Below the pieces are notes generated by a model, which was not told the DNA's origin, made no database searches, and saw only the letters and a program-made list of their open reading frames with translations. The position numbers and the translations under genes are program-made. A stretch of 64,000 nt of DNA from a virus, in IMG/VR virus record IMGVR_UViG_3300035137_000073, positions 3,918 through 67,917 of that record, one strand, 5' to 3'. Positions 56,728 to 64,000 of this stretch are shown here, in pieces. Within the stretch, counting starts at the first letter, position 1; every line of letters begins with the position of its first letter.

Positions 56728-58044
56728 ATGGCACTCGGAAGCCAATACAACAAGGTCGAGACGACCTCGACGGTCGATGACCTTGTTCACGACATCTTCA
56801 CCAATGATGTCGTAGACAACGCACGTTGTGAATCGCCGGCTGCGTCAGTGTTCCAAGATGCAGGCCCAGGCGACTACGAACTCATCGGTGAAAGCATGAA
56901 GTTCGCGACCGATCTGCACTGGGTGACTGGTGCGGTGGCCTCGAGCGGTAACCTGCCGGACGCACAGAGCAGGGACGCGGTCGAGGGGTCGCTCACTCCG
57001 GTACGTCGGTACAGGCGTATCGCAATCGACAACCATTACGAGAAGAGGATCCGCAAGCCTGGTTCGTACATGAACCTGAGTGACCGCATTTTCATGGATC
57101 TCTGGTTCTCGTGGAAACTCATGGAAATCCGGCATAGCATCGGCGCCGCGTCGGGGCTCGTTGGAAAGGTTTCAAGTAGAACCGACTCCGACACCTTCGT
57201 CATCAAGGATGCGTACGGCAACGCCGATTCTGACCCGCTGGCGCAGTTGGCTGTGGGGGCACGGATCTGTTGGTACGACGTAGACGGTACCGCAATTGCT
57301 GGCGCAGGAATAATCAGTGCCATCACTGAATCGACGCGGACCATCTCTGTCACGTCTTCAGCCACCTGGGAGCCGGGCAACAGCCTCGCTGCCAACGACC
57401 TGATCTACTTCTGCACGACACCCAACATCGCGACCGACTACTTCGAGGCCGAGCGGAACCTGGCCCCGAGTGGGTTGGGAACCATCGTCGATCCGGCTGC
57501 CGCGCTGTCGACCGCATTCGGAATCGCTGAGTCGGGCAACACTCGCTGGAAGCCCTACAGGGTTGCCTCGAGCACGTTCGATCACATGGAGGTGCAGGAG
57601 CACTGGCGTCAGTTGGGTGTCAAGCGACAGATGGCCGTCAGTCCGATGACGGATGTCGCAATCACGTTCCCGTCAATCACGTCGCAGCTTGCCCGCACCA
57701 TGATGGGCTATCAGCAGCAGTCGTACGAAGGCGGGATGTTGAAGGGTGGGTATGCCGGTGTCACGATCGGCAACATGGAAGTCATCGAAGACGGTCACTT
57801 CTACCACGACATCCTGATGACGGTGCGCAAGGACAGCCTGTTCCGGATCAATCTCGGCGGAGACGCCGATTTCTTCGACGAGGACGGGTCGATGTGGAGG
57901 CGTATCGCCGACTTCGACGGAAAGGAAGCGCACGTCGGCGAGTACATGCAGTACTTCAGCAATGCGCGCGGTTCAAATGGCGCGCTGACGGGAATTTCGA
58001 CCGACCTGACGGATACGCAGTACTCGGTCGTCCCGAACTATTGA
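56728..58044 (+). CDS. Major capsid protein
   Basis: 438 aa after scaffold; GGYAGV and C-terminal N...G.LTGI typical of HK97-fold capsids. Confidence 0.8.
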   Translation: MALGSQYNKVETTSTVDDLVHDIFTNDVVDNARCESPAASVFQDAGPGDYELIGESMKFATDLHWVTGAVASSGNLPDAQSRDAVEGSLTPVRRYRRIAIDNHYEKRIRKPGSYMNLSDRIFMDLWFSWKLMEIRHSIGAASGLVGKVSSRTDSDTFVIKDAYGNADSDPLAQLAVGARICWYDVDGTAIAGAGIISAITESTRTISVTSSATWEPGNSLAANDLIYFCTTPNIATDYFEAERNLAPSGLGTIVDPAAALSTAFGIAESGNTRWKPYRVASSTFDHMEVQEHWRQLGVKRQMAVSPMTDVAITFPSITSQLARTMMGYQQQSYEGGMLKGGYAGVTIGNMEVIEDGHFYHDILMTVRKDSLFRINLGGDADFFDEDGSMWRRIADFDGKEAHVGEYMQYFSNARGSNGALTGISTDLTDTQYSVVPNY

Positions 58045-58100
58045 GCTGGCTAGGGCGGGGTTTCTGACCCCGTCCACCATACCGTAAGGAGAAACAGGAG

Positions 58101-59336
58101 ATGTCCCAGAGAACGGTAGCAGCCAGCGCAGCCAACGCGGCAAAGAGCCCGCAGGAGTCTTTCCTGTGGGTGGTTGGAGCCATCTGCAATCAGGCGGCCG
58201 CGCTGGGCAACGAACTCATCACCGACCATGCAACGATCAAGGCGGCGTTGGACGCGTCGAATACATGGTGTACGGAGGTCGATGGCGACCTAGATGACAT
58301 CTGCGACGTGCTGGAGTTTGAGCACGGACTAGACGGTGTCATTGGGGGCGACTACACCATCACCGCTGGTGCGGCGGTAACTCTGACTGGCGCCGGTCGT
58401 ATTCGTTGGCGCAGAGACGGCCAGGTCTACGAAACCGCACTCGACACCACCATCACGCTTGGTGACGATGGCGACGTCGATGACACCAAGTGGCGCGCAT
58501 GGCGGATTGAGATAGCCGATACGGGTGTGGTCACGGCCACGGCTGATGGCGACACGCAGCACGCGAACGAGGAAGACGCGCTTCTCAGTTTGGCCTCGAA
58601 AGCGAAAACAGCCAGCACGGTCGAAATCGGCTACTTCACCATTCATTCAGACGGCGGTTTCAATATCGGCACAGACAATGTGAACGGTGAGACTGCCGCA
58701 AACGTGTACTACTGCAAGGAGCCTCGGCAGCGTGCGGCCGGCCTAACGGCCGACATGGGTGCTGCCATCGCAATCGGCAGTTCGGACACGAACTTCTCGC
58801 ACGGTACCATCGACTGCAAGACGCAGGGTGTGAAGGTCGCGCAGATTGCGGCCGGAGCCGATGTCGCATTTGACGATGCGGACACCATCGGCGAAAATCA
58901 GTTCGGTGGGCACCTGATTGTAGTCGGGCTTGACGGAGCGTCTGTGTACGCGCTGGCGTCAGATGGTATTGCAGGAGCGGTGTCAGCAATGACTCACGCC
59001 GATCTTGCTGCGGCTACCACAGCACTCGACAACGTACAGGACCGAATACCGGCAATCTTCCCGGTTTTGGGACGCATCACCTGCGAGAACGCGAAAGCCG
59101 GAACCTTCACATACGGTACCGACGACGGTGCCGGCACTGATGGAACCTTCACCTTCACAAGCGAAACGTACGCGGCGTTCGATCGGACGGATCAGAGCGG
59201 TACAGGTCAGGGCGTGGATCAGCCCACGATTCCTGCGTCTGTAACTGCGACGATTCCTGCGGCCGGTCCTGCGACGCTGACCAACAGCACAGCAATCGAC
59301 ACGGTCACAACCCGAGAACAGGGGACGCCTTCGTGA
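58101..59336 (+). CDS. Capsid decoration/minor structural protein
   Basis: A/G/T/D-rich, directly after MCP, AAGGAG RBS. Confidence 0.6.
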   Translation: MSQRTVAASAANAAKSPQESFLWVVGAICNQAAALGNELITDHATIKAALDASNTWCTEVDGDLDDICDVLEFEHGLDGVIGGDYTITAGAAVTLTGAGRIRWRRDGQVYETALDTTITLGDDGDVDDTKWRAWRIEIADTGVVTATADGDTQHANEEDALLSLASKAKTASTVEIGYFTIHSDGGFNIGTDNVNGETAANVYYCKEPRQRAAGLTADMGAAIAIGSSDTNFSHGTIDCKTQGVKVAQIAAGADVAFDDADTIGENQFGGHLIVVGLDGASVYALASDGIAGAVSAMTHADLAAATTALDNVQDRIPAIFPVLGRITCENAKAGTFTYGTDDGAGTDGTFTFTSETYAAFDRTDQSGTGQGVDQPTIPASVTATIPAAGPATLTNSTAIDTVTTREQGTPS

Positions 59337-59866
59337 TAGTCACCTTAGACGGTCAGAGGGGCGTAACAGCCCCTCCGGCCGAGATCGCCGACGAGGTTGA
59401 GCTCTATGCCCGCGAACATGACCGGCATGGCACGCTTCATCTCGTCCCATTCAACAAGGGCCGGTTCGTCTGGATGGCCCGATTCACACTGAAATCAGAC
59501 GATTTGCGTTTGCAGTCGTATCAGAAGGGACTTGCACCGGAGCCGCCAACCGAGGACGTGTTCTTCGTCGAGCACAACCCTGAGGCGAAGCGATGGGAAG
59601 ACCAGAAGATACCGCTCAACATCGTGGAAATGGGCGCGTCCGGGGTACGGCAGTTCCTCGAGCGCGGAAACACTTGGGGTCGCGGTCAGTACTCATCGGT
59701 CGAGGACTGTCTGCGGGAAGTCAGAAAGAAGAACGAAGCGAACCGCGACAAGATCTTCAACGACGCCAGGGAACGCAGTCGACACAGACAGATGGATAAG
59801 CGTCGTTCTCGACTCAAAATACCATTTCATCGGGTTGGGATAGACCTCATGGAATCGAACCAGTAG
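59333..59866 (+). CDS. Hypothetical protein
   Basis: GTGA overlap. Confidence 0.6.
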   Translation: MIVTLDGQRGVTAPPAEIADEVELYAREHDRHGTLHLVPFNKGRFVWMARFTLKSDDLRLQSYQKGLAPEPPTEDVFFVEHNPEAKRWEDQKIPLNIVEMGASGVRQFLERGNTWGRGQYSSVEDCLREVRKKNEANRDKIFNDARERSRHRQMDKRRSRLKIPFHRVGIDLMESNQ

Positions 59867-59875
59867 GAGAGAACA

Positions 59876-60622
59876 ATGGCAAGACCAGGAACGCTAGACG
59901 AGATCCCCCGGATTCAGGCGCCAATGAAGCCGCCTGACGATTCAGTACCGGCTGGGGCGACGCATCACGGCAAGCAGTTGTTCAAACGCACGATGCTCAT
60001 GAACAAGCCGGAACCGGACATCGACCCAGCGACGGGTGAGCAGCGATGGAAGACAGATCGCCGAACGGGCGAACGGATCACTGCGATCCGCAAACCCAAG
60101 ATCGTCAAAGTGGAGAAGCTGTTCTACCTGGAGGATCAGGGGAACGGTCATGTCGAGATGGTTGACTATGCCTTCCCGACCGAGGCGGAACTTGCCGCTC
60201 AAGAGCGGAAGAAGAAGATCGAGGCGATGGGTGGCGGTAGAATTGCGGAACTGCTGGTCGACCACGGCCTGAGTGCAGAAGATGCAGTGGAACGTTTGGC
60301 ACGTCTGTCTGTCGACAGCATGGTCGACGACAGTGTTGACATTGGCCAGCAAATGCTGGAGCAAGTCGACGCTTTGTCCATGCCCGACGAGATCGTTCAC
60401 GTAGGTAATATCCCGGACGGCGTGCCTACCGTGGTCGAGTCGTCACCTGAACAAGAGCCTGAAGTCGAGTATCCGATTCCCGCTCCCGGTGTCGGGCGGT
60501 GGGAGCATTCGGATGGAACGATCTCGAAGGGAAAGAAAGCTGAGGCCATTGAGCGCGAGAAAGAGATCGCTGCCGAAGTGGCTGAAGCCAAAACTCGGGC
60601 CGCAATGACGCCGGACTACTGA
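59876..60622 (+). CDS. Hypothetical protein
   Basis: AGGAG RBS. Confidence 0.6.
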   Translation: MARPGTLDEIPRIQAPMKPPDDSVPAGATHHGKQLFKRTMLMNKPEPDIDPATGEQRWKTDRRTGERITAIRKPKIVKVEKLFYLEDQGNGHVEMVDYAFPTEAELAAQERKKKIEAMGGGRIAELLVDHGLSAEDAVERLARLSVDSMVDDSVDIGQQMLEQVDALSMPDEIVHVGNIPDGVPTVVESSPEQEPEVEYPIPAPGVGRWEHSDGTISKGKKAEAIEREKEIAAEVAEAKTRAAMTPDY

Positions 60623-61308
60623 TGGAACTGACGACCGTAGCGAACCACGTTGCAGCCTTCTACAGGCTACTCGGTACCGACTCGTCCGATTCGGCTCTGA
60701 CCGAACAGGGCGAGTCGACCGACGAGGTGGCGTACACCTACCTGACTCGTGGGTGTCGCAATGCCCAGCGATACATGCTGGACAAACGCTACGGCGGATG
60801 GCGGAAGCGCAGTGCATCTGCACTGTCCTGGACGGGCACGGATGCCACGACTGGCGGCCAGTACTGCTCTTTGCCTTCCGATTTTCTACGGGCGTACGGA
60901 TTCCGACGGAAGTCTGCGTTGATGGAAGCGAATGGCGACAGGTGGGGTTCTGAGGTCGATCCCGAGGACGACGAGTGGAAAGGCGACTATTACTACTTCC
61001 GCGGTGACCAACTGTGGCTGGCAAGAACGGCGACACCGCCGACCACCGTCTACCTCGACTACCACTACACACATCCGGCATGGGAAAGCGATGTCACGAT
61101 CGAGTTTCCGGTAGATGCGCGTTTCCTGATTATCGCTGAAGCTGCCAACGTCGCCAAAGAAGAATTCTGGTTGGTGGGTGGACAGGAAATGGAACTGAAA
61201 ATCGAGCGGGCGCTACAGCGTGCACGGAACGAAGCGCGCGAAATCGCTCGTCGGTCAAAGCAACCGATGCGGTTCAGAGAGCCGTATCGGGCCGGCAACC
61301 GCTACTAA
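60622..61308 (+). CDS. Head-tail adaptor/tail tubular protein A-like
   Basis: Y.SLPSDFLR motif, size and position. Confidence 0.65.
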   Translation: MELTTVANHVAAFYRLLGTDSSDSALTEQGESTDEVAYTYLTRGCRNAQRYMLDKRYGGWRKRSASALSWTGTDATTGGQYCSLPSDFLRAYGFRRKSALMEANGDRWGSEVDPEDDEWKGDYYYFRGDQLWLARTATPPTTVYLDYHYTHPAWESDVTIEFPVDARFLIIAEAANVAKEEFWLVGGQEMELKIERALQRARNEAREIARRSKQPMRFREPYRAGNRY

Positions 61309-61324
61309 GGAAGGAAGTGGGATC

Positions 61325-61627
61325 ATGGAAGCGTCAGGTGTTGAGTTGTTGGGTCTGTTGTTACCGACTCTGGTGTTGATCGCAACTAGACCCGTATATC
61401 AGGGCATCGAGGGCCTGAACGTATTACTGGGCAAGTTGCCGGCAAACGTGAAGAAGATTCTCGTCGTTGTCGTGGCGTTCTTGCTCACCAAACTCGGAAC
61501 GTTCGTTGGCATGCCCTTGCCGGGCGATCTGGCAGGACTGACGCCTGAGACGATCAGTGCGGTTCTGTCGGCGTTGGGTGCGATGGGCGTGCACCAGATA
61601 TCTGGCAAGCGTCTCAAGGGGACCTGA
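61325..61627 (+). CDS. Holin-like membrane protein
   Basis: Three hydrophobic helices upstream of the endolysin. Confidence 0.6.
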   Translation: MEASGVELLGLLLPTLVLIATRPVYQGIEGLNVLLGKLPANVKKILVVVVAFLLTKLGTFVGMPLPGDLAGLTPETISAVLSALGAMGVHQISGKRLKGT

Positions 61628-61929
61628 TGAGTCTCCTGAGAGACGAGCAGGGTAACTGGTCGAGCGCGCGGTGTGCGTTCTGGGTCACGCTCGTCGTGAC
61701 GTTGGCGCTCATCGTGTTCGACTCGTGTGGCGTCGTGGCGATGGCAGGCGCGGCGTACACGCTGCTCGGAAGCCTCGTCATTGCGCTGGCGAGTTGGGCG
61801 GCTGGTCCTCGCATCGCTTCGTACCTGGCTCCCCAGATAGGCAAGGTTGGGGCCGCGATCGCGAGTGCAAGCGCCAAGGTTGTCGAGCGTCGGAAGCAGG
61901 GTACCGACGACGGGACGGAGCCGACCTAA
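61627..61929 (+). CDS. Second holin/antiholin-like membrane protein
   Basis: D..G..SS.R then two TM helices. Confidence 0.6.
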   Translation: MSLLRDEQGNWSSARCAFWVTLVVTLALIVFDSCGVVAMAGAAYTLLGSLVIALASWAAGPRIASYLAPQIGKVGAAIASASAKVVERRKQGTDDGTEPT

Positions 61930-61930
61930 G

Positions 61931-62440
61931 ATGACGCGCGTCGCCAGCATCACCGATCCGGCAATCAACGTCTTGGCCGAGGCAGCGAAGTACCGCAAGG
62001 TACGCGAGAATCCGGTAAACTCGAATCGCTCGGTTGCCATTGACTACTGGTTGCAGGAGTGTGGAGTCCCATTGGGGCTCCCGTGGTGCATGGCGTTCGC
62101 GTGGAATATCGGCCGTCAGGTGCTCGGCCATGCATGGCCGGTTCCGAGAACCGCGCTTGTGCAGGACGTGTACGAGTGGGCGGTTGCCAAGAGTCTTCTC
62201 AGGCCCGTTCCCGAACAAGGTGACCTGTTCCTGCTGTACTACCCCAGGCTCGGCCGACACGGACACATAGGGTTTGTTGTGGAGCCACTTGCGGGCGGCT
62301 ATCGCACATGCGAGGGCAACACCGCTCCCGAGTCGGGTAGCCGCGAAGGCTACGGCGTGTTCGAACGTGTGAGGTCGTTCAACAACAGAACCAAGTACGT
62401 CCGCTGGATGGACGCTTTACCCTACCAGGAGAGCGGATAA
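61931..62440 (+). CDS. CHAP-domain endolysin
   Basis: PWCMAF...GD.F...HIGFV...EGNT. Confidence 0.85.
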   Translation: MTRVASITDPAINVLAEAAKYRKVRENPVNSNRSVAIDYWLQECGVPLGLPWCMAFAWNIGRQVLGHAWPVPRTALVQDVYEWAVAKSLLRPVPEQGDLFLLYYPRLGRHGHIGFVVEPLAGGYRTCEGNTAPESGSREGYGVFERVRSFNNRTKYVRWMDALPYQESG

Positions 62441-63187
62441 ATGCGGAGCCGGGTACGAACCGTCGTGGCCATGTTGGTCGCCGCAGTGGGTGTTGTCGCG
62501 ATTGTTGGAACCTGGCTCTGGGCACAGTCTCTTCGAAGTCAACTTCGAGACAAAGACGTTGCGCACGCGAACGCGCTCGCCGCAAAGGATACGGCGATCG
62601 TGCGACTGACGATGCTTGGAGACTCGCAAGTCGTTGCCGTCACGCGTCAATTGGCGTATCAGGCCGAGGTCGAGTTAGGCGCCGCCAAGAAAGCGTTCGG
62701 TAAGATGATGCGGGATAGCGTCGAAACGTGGGCGACTGCGCTGGCGACTCTCCAGATTCGCGGTGACAGCCTCGAGCGCGAGTTGGTTGGCCGTGACGCT
62801 GAAGTGGATACGAGTACTGGCGTCATTACGGCTGTAGGCGAACTGAACGCCGCGGACACGATGGGCGTCGATGTTCGTGCGAAGGTGGCGATCCCTCCGA
62901 CGCTGGAATCCCCGGTATGGCAATGGAACGTCGTGCGCTCTCCGGCGACGGTATCGGTCGGTCTTCGGTGTGAAGGCACGGCCGCAGCTGCGTATCTGAC
63001 GAGCCCTCCGTGGCTGAGGTTGTCGATCGACTCGATCGTGCAGGATGATCGGATCTGCAATCCTCTGCCCTCTGGATGGCGTCCGTTCGAGATAAAGGTA
63101 CCAAGCGTGCCGGCGTTGGTCACGATTGTGGCTGCCGGCATGTGGTTGGAGTCGAAACTCAAGCTTTTCACTCCAGATGGGACATGA
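62441..63187 (+). CDS. Spanin-like membrane-anchored protein
   Basis: N-terminal TM, coiled coil, follows the endolysin. Confidence 0.5.
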   Translation: MRSRVRTVVAMLVAAVGVVAIVGTWLWAQSLRSQLRDKDVAHANALAAKDTAIVRLTMLGDSQVVAVTRQLAYQAEVELGAAKKAFGKMMRDSVETWATALATLQIRGDSLERELVGRDAEVDTSTGVITAVGELNAADTMGVDVRAKVAIPPTLESPVWQWNVVRSPATVSVGLRCEGTAAAAYLTSPPWLRLSIDSIVQDDRICNPLPSGWRPFEIKVPSVPALVTIVAAGMWLESKLKLFTPDGT

Positions 63188-63210
63188 ACTGTCCCAATGA
63201 GGGAGGCTGT

Positions 63211-64000
63211 ATGTTGAAACTAGCGAGAAGGGCTGGTTTGGTACTGCTGGTGCTGCTATGCGGTGCGCAGACCAAATGTCCGCGTGAGACGGTCGAGTTG
63301 AAGCCCGACCCGATTACGCTGCAACTACCACCCGACACGCTCCAGATGCCGGTGGACACCGTCTGGTTGCCACCCGACACGATCTGGATTCCTGGCGATA
63401 CCGTGTGGTTGCCAGGTGATACCGTCACCATTCCTTCGGATCCGTTGACGATCTGGTTGCCGGCCGATACCGTGCAGTCACCACCTGACACGGTCGCGGG
63501 GCCGGTCGACACCGTCTACGTGAAGCCCGATCCGATAGTCATGCCTCCGGACACGGTCGTCATTCCGGCAGATACGGTATGGATTCAGCTGCCCCCCGAC
63601 ACGATTGTCACACCCCCGGATACGGTCGTTGTGCCTCCGGATACCGTGGTGATTCCACCTGATACCGTTGTTGTGCCTCCGGACACGACGGTTCCGGGCG
63701 AGTGCTCGAGTTCGTTGATGGACGTGAGTAAACCGATATGTGACGGCACATACAGCCAGAACATCACGGGCTCGACGTTCATGAGCGGCGATGTGATAGA
63801 GGCGCAGAATCCTGGCAAGGTCATCTTCACAGGCTCATTCAATCCCGGAAGCGGTCTGACGTTCCGCGGCATCGTGGTATCGAGTCGAGCTATCAAGATG
63901 GCAGGCTCTAACAACCTGTACGAGGACATGTCGTTTGTTGGTGGCCCTGCGTGCGGCAACACCATGAACCTCGTGACCGGCAGCAACACCACGATTCGCC
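63211..64000 (+). CDS. Exported protein with PPDT heptad repeats and probable beta-helix domain, 3'-truncated (not in ORF track)
   Basis: GGGAGG RBS; MLKLARRAGLVLLVLLC signal; many (P/G/V)DT(V/I)xxP units; then EAQNPGKVIFTG...LTFRGI; open to the window end. Confidence 0.7.
   Translation, partial: MLKLARRAGLVLLVLLCGAQTKCPRETVELKPDPITLQLPPDTLQMPVDTVWLPPDTIWIPGDTVWLPGDTVTIPSDPLTIWLPADTVQSPPDTVAGPVDTVYVKPDPIVMPPDTVVIPADTVWIQLPPDTIVTPPDTVVVPPDTVVIPPDTVVVPPDTTVPGECSSSLMDVSKPICDGTYSQNITGSTFMSGDVIEAQNPGKVIFTGSFNPGSGLTFRGIVVSSRAIKMAGSNNLYEDMSFVGGPACGNTMNLVTGSNTTIR

Noticed and set aside
58052-58075. Terminator after the major capsid gene
   Set aside because: GC hairpin present but no U-tract; more likely a stabilising or pause hairpin
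1-64000. DGR, retron, CRISPR-Cas or DNA polymerase modules
   Set aside because: No reverse transcriptase, cas or polymerase motifs seen in any ORF

Overview
The whole window is tailed-phage DNA with podovirus-like gene content, probably most of one circularly permuted genome. No host genes, integrase, CRISPR array or rRNA were recognised. Layout: (1) 1-15.9 kb tail and ejection module, with a 5'-truncated glycosyltransferase, an inverted RHH+HNH insert, a tail-tube/nozzle protein, a 1417-aa Gln-rich helical repeat protein and a 1344-aa internal virion protein. (2) 16-31 kb rightward early/middle operon behind a sigma70-type promoter and a canonical parS site: Xis-like HTH, YqaJ exonuclease plus annealing protein, SMC-like ATPase, initiator with internal iterons, DnaB-like helicase, HNH, pentapeptide protein, RusA and many small accessory genes. 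(3) 31.4-36.7 kb leftward accessory operon. (4) From 36.9 kb, terS, about 10.5 kb of small accessory genes, then terL, a sulfotransferase, portal, scaffold, major capsid protein, head-tail genes, a lysis cassette and a PPDT-repeat exported protein that runs off the end. The most notable signal is an 18-bp palindrome (TCTCATTCCGGAATGAGA) dispersed four times and oriented with local transcription, with one copy inside the gene for an LmbU-like HTH protein, a candidate self-targeting protein-site system. Other notable items are a lone chromosomal-type parS, a Lys-free giant ejection helix, three Tat-signal mini-proteins and short direct repeats at gene junctions. All family calls come from motif recognition by eye, not database searches.
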